Part shown: in pieces, positions 50,571 to 60,865 of the stretch
Layout of the letters: each line of letters opens with the position of its first letter
Numbering within the stretch: the first letter of the stretch is position 1
NCBI GenBank assembly: GCA_019308745.1
Contig: JAFDHO010000003.1
Coordinates: forward strand, 80 to 64,079
Direction of reading: 5' to 3'
DNA length: 64,000 nucleotides
Source: Deltaproteobacteria bacterium
GTDB lineage: Bacteria > Desulfobacterota > DSM-4660 > Desulfatiglandales > HGW-15
The notes under the pieces: model-generated
Database searches by the model: none
What the model was told of the DNA's origin: nothing
What the model saw: only the letters and a program-made list of their open reading frames with translations
Made by a program: the position numbers and the translations under genes

Positions 50571-51737
50571 ATGAAAAAGAAGATTATCCCAGTCTTTTTT
50601 GTGGCCCTCCTCGTCGGAGTGGGCTTACTCGTATACATGGGGCAGAGAAAGACAGAGCTCGAAGAGCTCTATTATTCCGGTATCATCGAGTCCAGGAGGG
50701 CGGATCTCGCCTTTCAGGTGACCGGGAAGGTTTCCCGGGTCCTGGTGGACGAGGGGGAGGTGGTGAAGAGAGATCAGCTCCTGGCAGAACTGGATCGATC
50801 CGAATATCTGGTTCGGAACAAGATGGCGATGGCCAACCTGGAGGCCGCAAAGAACACCCTGCGTGGGCTGGAAATTGAACTGGAGATCAAGGAAAAAACG
50901 CTCCCTGAAGAGGTTGAGCGGGCAAAGGCGGGTGTCGAGGCGTTGAAGGCAAGGCTGAAGGAGCTCGAGTCCGGTTACCGCGTCCAGGAAGTGGAGCAGG
51001 CGAGACAGGCCCTTCTCGCTGCAAAGGCGGCCATGGATGAGGCAAAAAAGGACAAGGAAAGGCAGGAAAGACTATATCGTACAGGAATAGTCTCGGAGAA
51101 ATCCCTGGACCTGGCAAAGCTCAAGTTCGAAACCACGTCCAGGGAGTATAAGCAGGCCAGGCAAAGGCTTAGCCAACTCAGAGAGGGGTTCAGAAAAGAG
51201 ACCATCCAGACAACGAGGGCCCGGCTCAAGGAGGCACAGTCCCTCTTGAATCAGGCAGAAAGCAACCTCAAAAGGATAGGCACAGTAAGACAGGACATCG
51301 AGGTGGCAAGGTCCAAGGTGCAGGGCGCTGCAGCAGAAGTTGAATTGGCTGAAACCCTGCTGAGATATACCCAATTGCGTGCGCCCTTCGCTGGGGTCGT
51401 TACGAGCAGAAACATAGAACCCGGAGAAGTCGTATCGCCCGGCCGGGAAGTCATTTCCCTTTCAGACCTATCAACTGTTGACCTCAAGATCTTTGTGGAT
51501 GAGACAGAGATAGGGAAGGTGAAACAGGGCCAGCGGGTCGAAGTGAGGATAGACACCTTTCCTGACAGGAGATACCGTGGCACGGTGATCTTTGTCTCAC
51601 CGGAAGGTGAATTTACTCCAAAGATGATCCAGACCCAAAAGGAGAGGGTCAAGCTGGTATATCTCGTCAAGGTCTCCATTCCAAACCCCTCCCTGGAACT
51701 CAAGCCGGGGATGCCGGCAGATGCGTGGCTCAGATAG
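50571..51737 (+). CDS. HlyD family adaptor (YbhG-like)
   Basis: N-terminal TM, long coiled coil, LRAPFAG, EFTPK.IQT..ER and LKPGMPAD motifs. Confidence 0.9.
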   Translation: MKKKIIPVFFVALLVGVGLLVYMGQRKTELEELYYSGIIESRRADLAFQVTGKVSRVLVDEGEVVKRDQLLAELDRSEYLVRNKMAMANLEAAKNTLRGLEIELEIKEKTLPEEVERAKAGVEALKARLKELESGYRVQEVEQARQALLAAKAAMDEAKKDKERQERLYRTGIVSEKSLDLAKLKFETTSREYKQARQRLSQLREGFRKETIQTTRARLKEAQSLLNQAESNLKRIGTVRQDIEVARSKVQGAAAEVELAETLLRYTQLRAPFAGVVTSRNIEPGEVVSPGREVISLSDLSTVDLKIFVDETEIGKVKQGQRVEVRIDTFPDRRYRGTVIFVSPEGEFTPKMIQTQKERVKLVYLVKVSIPNPSLELKPGMPADAWLR

Positions 51738-51761
51738 AAGGTCACGCAGGCCGAGGAATCC

Positions 51762-52514
51762 ATGAATTCCATAGTACAGTTGAAAGACGTGTCAAAGGAT
51801 TACGGCCCCGTGAGGGCGGTCAGCCAAGTCAGTCTTGAGATATCACGAGGAAATATATTCGGTCTAATCGGCTCTGACGGGGCTGGGAAGTCTACTCTCC
51901 TTCGAATGGTCGCTACCATGATCCCGCCCTCCAGCGGACAAATTTTCATCGACGGTCTTGACGTCCGGAGGGAGAAGAACAGGGTAAAACCCCTTATCGG
52001 GTATATGCCGCAGCGATTCGGCCTTTACAGGGACCTTACCGTTGGTGAAAACCTGGCGTTCTTCATGGATATTTTCGGTATTTCGGGCAAGGAGCGGGAG
52101 GAACGCAGAGAACTTTATCTGGGTTTCTCGAACCTCATACCCTTCATCGATCGTTTGGCAGGGGACCTTTCGGGGGGCATGAGGCAGAAGCTGGGCCTGG
52201 CCTGTGTATTGGTCCACCATCCAAAGGTCCTGCTCCTTGATGAGCCTACAAACGGTGTTGACCCCGTGTCGAGACAGGAATTCTGGGAGATACTTCAAGA
52301 GATGCGGGGAATGGGAATCACCATCATGATATCCACTGCTTACCTGGAAGAAGGTGAGATGTGTGACCATCTGGCCATCATGCACAAGTCCCGAGTCCTT
52401 GCCGTGGGCTCACCAGAGGAGATCAGGGGTCGGAAACCGGACCTTGAAGAGGCGATGATCAGCAGGATAGGAGCGGTGGACGAGGAGCTGGCCCATGAGG
52501 ATTTCAGGTTCTGA
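51762..52514 (+). CDS. ABC transporter ATPase (YbhF N-terminal-half-like)
   Basis: GSDGAGKS, GYMPQRFGLY, LSGGMRQKL and LDEPTNGVDP motifs. Confidence 0.92.
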   Translation: MNSIVQLKDVSKDYGPVRAVSQVSLEISRGNIFGLIGSDGAGKSTLLRMVATMIPPSSGQIFIDGLDVRREKNRVKPLIGYMPQRFGLYRDLTVGENLAFFMDIFGISGKEREERRELYLGFSNLIPFIDRLAGDLSGGMRQKLGLACVLVHHPKVLLLDEPTNGVDPVSRQEFWEILQEMRGMGITIMISTAYLEEGEMCDHLAIMHKSRVLAVGSPEEIRGRKPDLEEAMISRIGAVDEELAHEDFRF

Positions 52515-53250
52515 TGCCGTCTATGTCGAGGGCCTCGAGAAAAGGTTCGGGTCTTTTGTGGCCGTTGACAGGATCTCCTTCTCCGTGAAAAGGGGCGAGA
52601 TATTCGGATTCCTGGGGCCCAATGGGGCGGGGAAGTCCACCACCATCCGCATGCTGTGCGGCCTCATAAGGCCGACCTCAGGCACCGGTCGGGTGGCGGG
52701 TTACGATATCGGAAAAGAGCCTGAGCAGATCAAGCAGAAGATCGGGTACATGTCCCAGAAGTTCTCGCTCTACGAAGATATGACGCCCTATGAGAATATC
52801 AGATTCTATCTCGGTATTTACAACGTGCATCATGACATCTGGCCGGAAAAGGTAGAGTGGGCCCTGAAGATGACCAGGTTGGAGGAGCATAGAATGCGCC
52901 TGACCCGTGAATTGCCCCCTGGGCTCAGACAGAGGCTTGCACTCGGGTGCGCATTGCTGCACTCTCCAGAGATCCTGTTTCTAGACGAACCCACGGCAGG
53001 CGTGGATCCTGTTACCCGGCGCCATTTTTGGAACTTCATTGCCACCCTGGCTGAGCAAGGGGTGACGGTCTTTGTGACCACCCATTACATGGATGAGGCG
53101 AGGAACTGCAAAAGGATCGTCATGATAAACGAGGGACGAATAGCCGCCATTGGGGGCCCATCGGAGATCATCAGGAGAGTGTTGCCTGATGATCCCCGGG
53201 CGGACCTCAATGATGCGTTCCTGCGCCTGATGTCAAGGGGGCACCGTTGA
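52495..53250 (+). CDS. ABC transporter ATPase (YbhF C-terminal-half-like)
   Basis: GPNGAGKS, GYMSQKFSLY, degenerate signature LPPG, and TTHYMDEA. Confidence 0.92.
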   Translation: MRISGSDAVYVEGLEKRFGSFVAVDRISFSVKRGEIFGFLGPNGAGKSTTIRMLCGLIRPTSGTGRVAGYDIGKEPEQIKQKIGYMSQKFSLYEDMTPYENIRFYLGIYNVHHDIWPEKVEWALKMTRLEEHRMRLTRELPPGLRQRLALGCALLHSPEILFLDEPTAGVDPVTRRHFWNFIATLAEQGVTVFVTTHYMDEARNCKRIVMINEGRIAAIGGPSEIIRRVLPDDPRADLNDAFLRLMSRGHR

Positions 53251-54380
53251 ATCCTCTGCAGGTAAGGGCTGTTGCGAGAAAGGAGTTTTACCATCTCATT
53301 AGGGATTTTAGGAGCTTGTATCTGGCCTTTATCATCCCGATTGCTCTGATTTTGCTCTTCGGCTATGCCCTGAGCTTAGATGTGGAAGACATAAAGACAG
53401 TGGTGGTCGACTATGACAGGAGCGAATTGAGCCGTGACTTTGTCAGCAGGCTCAACGCCTCTTCCTATTTCCATGTCGTCGGGTACCTCCCGGAAACTGG
53501 GTTGGCTACAAACTATCTGGATCACGCGAAGTCTACCATAGCCCTGATCATACCGCCGGACTGGACCAGGCGGTTAATGGAGGACCGGGAGGCGCCTCTC
53601 CAGGTCTTGATTGATGCGAGCGACCCCAACTATGCGGGTCTGTCCAGAAGCTATGTGATGGCTTTTGTCGAAGAATACAACAGGGGTCGACTTCTGGAAT
53701 TCCTGAATCGTCAAGGCCTTGACGAAATCAGAGAGCCGGTCGAGGGGAGGTTCAGGGTATGGTTCAATGAAGATCTGGAGAGCAGGAACTTTATCGTGCC
53801 CGGGATCATCGCAGTCATCATCGTTATTGTGGGGGCCCTGCTGACATCGCTGGTGATTGCAAGGGAATACGAGAATGGTACCATGGAGACGATACTGTCC
53901 CTCCCTCTCGGAGGAGGCGAGTTCCTGGTGGGCAAGGCAGTCCCCTATTTCCTGATCGGCCTGACGGATGTCCTAATAGCTGTCCTTATGGGCCAAGTCC
54001 TGTACGGGGTGGTTATCAAGTCCAGCTTTTGGTTGATGGTGCTTGCTTCGTGCCTGTATCTTTCCGTAGCCCTGGGTTTGGGGCTCCTTATCTCCGTGGG
54101 GACAAAGTCCCAGCTTGTCGCCAATCAAGTGGCCATACTTGTGACGTACATGCCGTCCTTTCTCCTGTCAGATTTTGTATTTCCAGTGGAGAACATGCCG
54201 AGGGTGCTACAGGGCATCAGCCACGTTGTTCCTGCCACATACTTCATAGACATACTCAATGGACTGTACCTCAGGAAACTGGGCTTTACACATCTATGGC
54301 ACGACTATCTGGTGCTCCTGCTCATGTGCGTGGGCCTCATGGCGATTACACGTCGCCTCTTGAGAAGGGAAGGAATGTAG
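53247..54380 (+). CDS. ABC-2 permease (YbhS-like)
   Basis: KEF.H..RD, LFGYA, AREYENGTME and PVENMP motifs. Confidence 0.9.
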   Translation: MNPLQVRAVARKEFYHLIRDFRSLYLAFIIPIALILLFGYALSLDVEDIKTVVVDYDRSELSRDFVSRLNASSYFHVVGYLPETGLATNYLDHAKSTIALIIPPDWTRRLMEDREAPLQVLIDASDPNYAGLSRSYVMAFVEEYNRGRLLEFLNRQGLDEIREPVEGRFRVWFNEDLESRNFIVPGIIAVIIVIVGALLTSLVIAREYENGTMETILSLPLGGGEFLVGKAVPYFLIGLTDVLIAVLMGQVLYGVVIKSSFWLMVLASCLYLSVALGLGLLISVGTKSQLVANQVAILVTYMPSFLLSDFVFPVENMPRVLQGISHVVPATYFIDILNGLYLRKLGFTHLWHDYLVLLLMCVGLMAITRRLLRREGM

Positions 54381-54381
54381 A

Positions 54382-55503
54382 ATGATCTGGCTTCGGGTCC
54401 GGGAACTCGTCAGAAAGGAGTTTATTCAACTATTCAGGGACAAAAAGAACAGGCCTCTCCTGGTTGTTGCTCCCTTTGTGCAACTGCTCATGTTCGGATA
54501 CGTCGTCACGACAGACGTGAGGGATGTCAAGGTAGGTGTGGTGGATCTTTCCCGCAGCGTTGAAAGCCGCAGACTCCTGGATGCCCTTGATGCCAACAGG
54601 ACCTTCCGGATCACCCATAGGGTGGGAGATTTCAAGGCGCTGGAACGGCTCCTCCTGAAGAGGCGTGTAAATATTGCCATGAGGATCCCGCCGGATTTCG
54701 CGAGGCGGATCAGGGAGAAGGATTCCGGACAGGTTCAGATCCTGGTGGACGGAAGCATGAGCAACATGGCCTCTGTTCGGATCGCCTATACGGCCCTTGT
54801 CTTGAACCGTTTCAACCAGGAATTCCTTGAGGAACTCTACGCCAGGAAACTCGAATACGGTAAGGTGGATACCCGCTTGAGGACATGGTACAATCCCAAC
54901 CTGGAAAGCAGGAATTTCTATGTGCCTGCCATCGTCGCCGTACTGGTAATGATTCTGTCCCTCTTGCTGACATCCATGGCCATCATCAGGGAAAAGGAAA
55001 AGGGGACCATGGAACAATTGATAGTCACCCCTCTTCGCCCGGTGGAGTTCATCATTGGTAAGACGGCTCCCTATATAGTCATTGCCCTTGGCCAGATGGT
55101 CCTGGTAACTGCATTTGCGGTACTGTGGTTTTCGATCCCCTTTCGGGGTAGTGTGGTCCTCATTTTTGTCGGGACATGCCTCTTTCTCTTGAGCACCCTG
55201 GGAATTGGGCTCTTTATCTCCACCATTTCCTCTACCCAGCAGCAGGCCATGATGACCACCTTCTTTTTCGTGCTGCCCTTCTTCATGTTCAGCGGTTTCG
55301 TCTTTCCCATTGCCAACATGCCAATGCCTGTTCGATGGATAGCCTACCTGAATCCCTTGATGTACTTCCTGATCATTGTAAGGGGGGTCTTTCTAAAGGG
55401 CGTGGGATTTCAGGTGTTGTGGCCCCAGTTCTTTGCCATGTGCGCTATCGGCGTGGCTGTGTTCTTTGGCGCCGTAAATCGTTTTAAAAAGCGGCTTGAC
55501 TAA
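54382..55503 (+). CDS. ABC-2 permease (YbhR-like)
   Basis: KEFIQLFRD, WYNPNL, REKEKGTMEQL.VTP and SGFVFPIANMP motifs. Confidence 0.9.
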   Translation: MIWLRVRELVRKEFIQLFRDKKNRPLLVVAPFVQLLMFGYVVTTDVRDVKVGVVDLSRSVESRRLLDALDANRTFRITHRVGDFKALERLLLKRRVNIAMRIPPDFARRIREKDSGQVQILVDGSMSNMASVRIAYTALVLNRFNQEFLEELYARKLEYGKVDTRLRTWYNPNLESRNFYVPAIVAVLVMILSLLLTSMAIIREKEKGTMEQLIVTPLRPVEFIIGKTAPYIVIALGQMVLVTAFAVLWFSIPFRGSVVLIFVGTCLFLLSTLGIGLFISTISSTQQQAMMTTFFFVLPFFMFSGFVFPIANMPMPVRWIAYLNPLMYFLIIVRGVFLKGVGFQVLWPQFFAMCAIGVAVFFGAVNRFKKRLD

Positions 55504-55769
55504 GAGGCATCTGGTACTTCCCAATCGGCGCGTCTTTACCAACCCAAGGACCAAAACGGGCCGTTGACCAGGACATGCCCCGTTTGTTCAACCCTTTTGT
55601 GGGTCACCTGAGATCATCTGCCGCCCCTTGGGAGGTCTTTTCACAAGGCCCTGTCAAATCCCTCACCAGCCACCCGTGGCAACCCAATCAGAAAGAGTCC
55701 CCATAAGTCGCTGAACCGGAAGCAAGCCAACAGGGCTTTCCTTCTGGTGGAAACCTCGGATCCCCTTCA

Positions 55770-55798
55770 TTGACAGGTTGTTTTTTTTGAGCTAAAAT
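55770..55798 (+). promoter_or_regulatory. Sigma70-type promoter of the cyclase operon
   Basis: TTGACA-17 nt-TAAAAT; the spacer contains T8. Confidence 0.65.
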
Positions 55799-56051
55799 TA
55801 ACAAAATTAACGAGTAATTATAAGAGTCCAGAGGAGGGCCCCTCAAATTATGGGGCTCAAGTGTGCCGGGAACCCGATTGGGAGGCCTCAAGGGGGCTTG
55901 TTGTGTCGTAGGCGGTCTCCATGGGTGGGGAGCGGTCGCGGGCTCGAGGCCCCCCTTAGATTCTTACCGGTTCAAGCCCATTGGGATCACGGGATGTGGG
56001 ATGATGTCCGAAGTCCACGTTCGTACTGGGGATAATCCCTCAGGGAAAGGT

Positions 56052-57599
56052 ATGGCAGATACTGCGGAGACATTGAAAGACAACACTTGGCCTGAAAGGA
56101 GACGCGGGGCTGACAGGCGGTCTGGCGAGGAGCGGAGGAAAAGGCAAGAAGCAACGGATTTCGAAGACAGAAGAAGCGGTAAGGATCGCCGGTTGGGAGA
56201 CCGCCGTATAGGGAGCATCAGGATCCCCATCTTTGCAAAACTCGCCCTCTTGTCCACCCTGCTCATCTTCCTGATAATACTGAGCACGAGTTTCTTTCTC
56301 TTGGAAAGGCAAAAGAGACAGTTTGTCGGTCAATTGATCAATCTGGGAGAAAGCCTGGTGCGAATAGTGAGCAATAATTCGAGGGACAAGCTTTTGGGAG
56401 AGGAGGACCTGGCCCTTTTCCAGCTCGTGAATGATGTTTCACAGAACGAACAGGTCATCTACGCCCTGATTGTGGATCACAGAAATGTCATAAGGGCGCA
56501 CAGCCGAATAGAAGAGGTCAATAAGGCCTACTCGCCCCCAAAGATAAGAAAGGTCCTTCACAGGGCCAAGGACGTGATGACAGGTTATATCAGCCAAGAG
56601 GGTGAGGGTGCGCTCTTCTTTCGGAAACCGATTATCTACCAGGATATCAACGTCGGACAGGTTTATCTGGCCATTACCCAGGAAAAGGTCCTCCAGAACA
56701 TAGAAGACGCAAGGGATTTTACCTGGCTCCTTACGGCGCTGATTACCCTGTTGGGCATTCCCCTGAGCCTGATCCTGAGCATGTATTTTTCAAAGCCCAT
56801 TAGGCAACTGGGCGAAGGTACAAGGGCTTTGGGGATGGGGCAGTTCGATCACAGGGTAAAGATCAAGCGAAATGACGAGCTGGGGGATTTGGCCTATGCC
56901 TTCAATCGGATGGCAGAGGACTTGGAACTAAAGGAGAAGATAAAGGACTCCTTTGGGAGATATGTTACCCCCGAAATAGTGGAAAAGATCCTTGCAAATC
57001 CGGACAACAAATGGTTGAAGGGGGCTAAGGTAGAGGTCACGGTCCTGTTTGCGGACATCCGGGGTTTTACGACCCTGTCAGAGAAGAAGGATCCTGAAGG
57101 TATCGTGGATGTGCTCAACGCCTATTTCTCAGAGGTCACCGAGGCAGTGATGAGGCACGGGGGGCACATTAACAAGTTCGTGGGTGACGAGGCCATGGCC
57201 ATATTTGGGGCTCCTGTCTCGAACCCCATGCACGCCCGGGCCGCGGTCAAATCCGCCCTGGAGATACAAGAGTGTATTTCCAGGCTGAATAGAGAGGACA
57301 AGTTTGGCAAGGAAGTGATACAAGTCGGCATAGGAATCAACACGGGGGAGATGGTTGCCGGTAATCTGGGGTCTCCAAGGAGAATGGAATACACGGTCAT
57401 AGGGGACAATGTCAACGTGGCCTCACGAATCACATCCATGGCAAAAGAAGGCGAGATACTGATCAGTAGCAGCACCCACGAGTTGACCGCCGGCCTCAAT
57501 GAATTCCTGTACGAGGAGGTCGGGAGGGTCATGGTGAGGGGGAGGCAGGAAGGTGTCAGGATCTTCAGGGTGCTCGGACTGTTGGAAGAGGAAGATTAG
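56052..57599 (+). CDS. Membrane-bound class III adenylate cyclase (2 TM, periplasmic sensor, HAMP)
   Basis: LFADIRGFT, INKFVGD and EYTVIGDNVNVASR (Lys/Thr = ATP-specific class IIIb); HAMP motif DELGDLA..FN.M. Start uncertain. Confidence 0.9.
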   Translation: MADTAETLKDNTWPERRRGADRRSGEERRKRQEATDFEDRRSGKDRRLGDRRIGSIRIPIFAKLALLSTLLIFLIILSTSFFLLERQKRQFVGQLINLGESLVRIVSNNSRDKLLGEEDLALFQLVNDVSQNEQVIYALIVDHRNVIRAHSRIEEVNKAYSPPKIRKVLHRAKDVMTGYISQEGEGALFFRKPIIYQDINVGQVYLAITQEKVLQNIEDARDFTWLLTALITLLGIPLSLILSMYFSKPIRQLGEGTRALGMGQFDHRVKIKRNDELGDLAYAFNRMAEDLELKEKIKDSFGRYVTPEIVEKILANPDNKWLKGAKVEVTVLFADIRGFTTLSEKKDPEGIVDVLNAYFSEVTEAVMRHGGHINKFVGDEAMAIFGAPVSNPMHARAAVKSALEIQECISRLNREDKFGKEVIQVGIGINTGEMVAGNLGSPRRMEYTVIGDNVNVASRITSMAKEGEILISSSTHELTAGLNEFLYEEVGRVMVRGRQEGVRIFRVLGLLEEED

Positions 57600-57602
57600 C
57601 CC

Positions 57603-58667
57603 ATGGAAGAAAGAGTCAGGCTCCGGCCAAGACCACCGCTGATTCTCTCAGTGGTCCTCGTGACAGGCCTATGGCTGAACGGGTGCACCCCCTTGGAATC
57701 CGGCAGGGTTGCCGACCTCTTTCCCGTATCTGGGGAAAAGGGGGGCTTGACATTCAAATCAGAGGACTATGTGGTTTACAGATTGCAGGGGTGGGAGACG
57801 GCAGCGGATTTGGCTGAAACCTTCCTGGGGAGTCGCGAAAAGGCCTGGATAGTCGAAGATGTAAATAGAGATGTGCCCTACCAGAAGGGGAGATATGTCG
57901 TCATTCCCCTAAAGGAGGAAGAGAAGGGGGGGCTATGGCCCGAAGGATACCAGGTCGTCCCCATTCTCTGTTACCATGGATTCGGCGAGGATAAGGGCGC
58001 GTCCCTTTCCGTTTCTCCGAAGTCCTTTGAACAACAGATGAAATACTTAAGGGCCCACAACTACAGGGTGATAGGACTGAAAGACTTGAAGGAGTTCCTG
58101 GGATACCGGAAGAGGATACCCGAGCGATCGGTCGTCATTACAGTGGATGACGGCTACCGGTCATTCTATGATGTTGCTCTTCCCGTACTGAGGAAATATG
58201 GTTTCCAGGCCACCATATTCATATATGCCGAATTCATAGGTCAATCCAAGAATGCGCTGGGCTGGGATCAACTCAAGGAGATTAAGGGGCTGGGCTTCGA
58301 GATAGGATCCCACGGACTCTCCCATGATGATTTGACCAAACAGAGGCCGGGCGAGGGCGAGGAGCAATACTTGGAGCGGCTCAGAAAGGAACTTACCGAA
58401 TCCAAGAGGGTGATAGATGGGAGGTTGAACCAAGATACTGAGGCCTTTGCCTATCCGTACGGCAAGGCCAGTCCTCGGCTCTTGATAATGGCCGAGCAAG
58501 CCGGTTACAAACTTGGCCTCACGGTCCAGCCCGGAAGCAACCCTTTCTTTTCAGACCCCATGGCTTTGAAGAGGAACCAAATTGTGAAGGGAGAAATGGG
58601 CCCCTTCATAGCCAAGCTCGTGGTCTTCAAGAAGTTTTCCTTGCGTGAGAACAGCGGTGAGAATTAG
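57603..58667 (+). CDS. Polysaccharide deacetylase (CE4/NodB, PgaB/IcaB-like) lipoprotein
   Basis: Lipobox WLNGC; PILCYH, TVDDGY, GSHGLSH and FAYPYG motifs. Confidence 0.88.
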   Translation: MEERVRLRPRPPLILSVVLVTGLWLNGCTPLESGRVADLFPVSGEKGGLTFKSEDYVVYRLQGWETAADLAETFLGSREKAWIVEDVNRDVPYQKGRYVVIPLKEEEKGGLWPEGYQVVPILCYHGFGEDKGASLSVSPKSFEQQMKYLRAHNYRVIGLKDLKEFLGYRKRIPERSVVITVDDGYRSFYDVALPVLRKYGFQATIFIYAEFIGQSKNALGWDQLKEIKGLGFEIGSHGLSHDDLTKQRPGEGEEQYLERLRKELTESKRVIDGRLNQDTEAFAYPYGKASPRLLIMAEQAGYKLGLTVQPGSNPFFSDPMALKRNQIVKGEMGPFIAKLVVFKKFSLRENSGEN

Positions 58668-59841
58668 CATCTATATATCTGTGGGTGTCCTGCTTTTCCT
58701 CTTGAGCGGCTGCGGAACCGGGAGACAGGCATGGGCGCCCCCTGAAAGTGCAGGAGATAGGCTCGCAACAGAATACCTCAAGAAGGCCCATGAGTATGAA
58801 CGAAAGGCCGACATGGTCCGGGCCTATCGGTATTTCAAACTGGCCCGTACGGTGGCACCATCGAGAAGCGAGGCCGTTGAAGGGGTCAAACGCCTTGAGA
58901 GAGAACTTCGCCGTTTGGCCACCGCACATTACGAAAAGGGGATGAGATATCAGCGGCAAGGGAAATACGGTATGGCACGGCACCAGTTCTTGATTGCCCT
59001 GAGGCTTCGGCCGGGATATGCCGATGTGGTGGAGCTGCTGACAGAGAGGAAAAGGTTCAGGACAAAAAGATATGTCGAGCACACTATCAGGCCCGGGGAG
59101 AGCCTTTCCAAGATCGCAAAGCTCTATTATGGAGACGTCACGAAATTTCCCATCATAGCCCAGTACAACAACTTGACGGATGCCACAAGAATAAGAGCGG
59201 GCCAGAGGATCAAAGTTCCCGAGATAGAGGGCTTGGAGTTCCTGGTTGAAGAGGAGCAGATAGAGGCAGAGAAACAGTACTTTTATGACCAGGGCCAGTG
59301 GGATTGGGAAAGTTCCTTGCTTGAAACCGGATCGGCTCCCCTTCCGGAAGATCCAGGGGGCCTGCAGACGGCCTTCTACAGGGACTACGGAAAGGATCTG
59401 TTTAAGAAAGGGATGTACAATGAGGCAATACGAGAATTTCGTAAAGTCCTGGATGTGTATCCCAGGGACAAGACAGCCCTTGAATACAGCTCAAGGGCTC
59501 ATTTCCTAATAGCCACATCCCTCTTGGAGAAGAAAGAGTACCTGCCGGCCCGTGATGAGTTCAAAAGGGCCCTGGGATACAACCGAGACTGCCGCCAGTG
59601 CCAACGGCTGATGAAGAAGAGCGAGAATCTCTACAAGGAGCACCACTACAAGAGGGGCATGAAATACTACGGGGAGGAAAAGCTGGTAGAGGCGATGGGG
59701 GAGTGGGAACTGGTAAAGAAGATCGATCCCAATTACAAGAGACTTGACTACTTGATCAAGAAGGCCAAGAACATTCTGGAAAAACTGGAAGAGATAAGGG
59801 AGTCAAAGGAGAAGGGAGAGGAAAAGAACGTTTCAAACTAG
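58645..59841 (+). CDS. LysM and TPR-repeat lipoprotein
   Basis: Lipobox LLSGC; HTIRPGESLSKIAKLYYG...IAQYN.L.....IRAGQRIKVP (LysM) flanked by TPR-like helices. Confidence 0.85.
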   Translation: MRTAVRISIYISVGVLLFLLSGCGTGRQAWAPPESAGDRLATEYLKKAHEYERKADMVRAYRYFKLARTVAPSRSEAVEGVKRLERELRRLATAHYEKGMRYQRQGKYGMARHQFLIALRLRPGYADVVELLTERKRFRTKRYVEHTIRPGESLSKIAKLYYGDVTKFPIIAQYNNLTDATRIRAGQRIKVPEIEGLEFLVEEEQIEAEKQYFYDQGQWDWESSLLETGSAPLPEDPGGLQTAFYRDYGKDLFKKGMYNEAIREFRKVLDVYPRDKTALEYSSRAHFLIATSLLEKKEYLPARDEFKRALGYNRDCRQCQRLMKKSENLYKEHHYKRGMKYYGEEKLVEAMGEWELVKKIDPNYKRLDYLIKKAKNILEKLEEIRESKEKGEEKNVSN

Positions 59842-59895
59842 ACGAATAGATCGATCAGAGGGCGTAGGGATTCGAAGTCTCCAAAATGCACTGTG

Positions 59896-60558
59896 TCACC
59901 TCTTCCGGAGCAAGACATAGATCGCCCCGGCACCTCCATCATAGGGTCTGGCAGTGGCAAAGGCCAAGACGATCTTCCTCACCGGACCGCGACTCAACCA
60001 TCGAGGCAGGCCTTCCTTGAGTACCGGGAAGCTATCCGGGGAATTGAGCCCCCTCCCGTGCACGATGAGGACGCATCTCCGCCCCAAGCTCCGACTTCTT
60101 ACCAAGAAATCCCTCACGGCCCTCTCCGCCTCCTGTCTGGTCAGGCCGTGGAGATCTATATAGTCTTGCACAGGGAACTGGCCCATCTTCAGACGCTTCA
60201 TGAGCTTGCGGCTAAAGCCCTTCACTGAGCCTTCGATGTATTCATCGCTAAAGGAGATGTCCATTTCAATGGATCCCTCAAGGAGCCGGTGGAGATGATT
60301 GAGGCCATCTCTTTTGTCGTCCGGCGGGGGATGGGCAGGCTTGATATTGGGCTGAGGGGCTTTCAAGATCTTCCTCTTGGGTCCGTCCAGGGGTGTCACA
60401 TCCGAGATGGCCTTGAGGAAATAGTCTTCATCGTTCTGCGGGGCCTCCGGGGTAGGAGGTCTCTTTGTCTCCTCCTCTTGGATTTGTCCCCGGGCCCTTT
60501 CAATCCTCTCGCGGAGATCTTTGAAAGCAGGGTTGAAATTGGCTTTCTTCTTTTTCAT
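59896..60558 (-). CDS. Smr/MutS2 C-terminal domain protein
   Basis: IDLHGLT, LIVHGRG.NS, VLK..L..WL and DGGAGAIYVLL motifs. Confidence 0.92.
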   Translation of the reverse strand: MKKKKANFNPAFKDLRERIERARGQIQEEETKRPPTPEAPQNDEDYFLKAISDVTPLDGPKRKILKAPQPNIKPAHPPPDDKRDGLNHLHRLLEGSIEMDISFSDEYIEGSVKGFSRKLMKRLKMGQFPVQDYIDLHGLTRQEAERAVRDFLVRSRSLGRRCVLIVHGRGLNSPDSFPVLKEGLPRWLSRGPVRKIVLAFATARPYDGGAGAIYVLLRKR

Positions 60559-60865
60559 CGCAGTAATTTCCCGCACAAGGGTCGGAGAGGTTCCCCTTGG
60601 GATCAGAAAGACTTGATTTTGATTGGATTATAACATAAATACATGTTGTTCGGTAGGCCCGATCAGGTATCAAGGGTTGCCCTCTAACTCCCGGGGCAGT
60701 GGGGTCGCGGATTGAGTAATGCCGAGGTTGCTGTTGGGAGACCGTGTGTCTCCGGTGGAATCGGGCAATGGTCTGTCAAGAAGTGAGGAGGGTGGAGCAG
60801 AAGGAATCCCTGGATTGCTGCATGGTCTTGCGTGGAGATATGGGCCATGGTGTCGGAGGGGCGAA

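Noticed and set aside
51762-53250. Frameshifted ybhF pseudogene
   Set aside because: Each half has its own start and a full set of ABC motifs, consistent with a natural two-gene arrangement.
55781-55788. Phase variation via T8 in the promoter spacer (also A8 at 3284-3291)
   Set aside because: Eight-base tracts are common and the sequence alone gives no evidence of length variation.
55700-56050. c-di-AMP or c-di-GMP riboswitch before the cyclase
   Set aside because: Only a GCTGAAC fragment matches, it lies upstream of the promoter, and the other conserved elements are missing.
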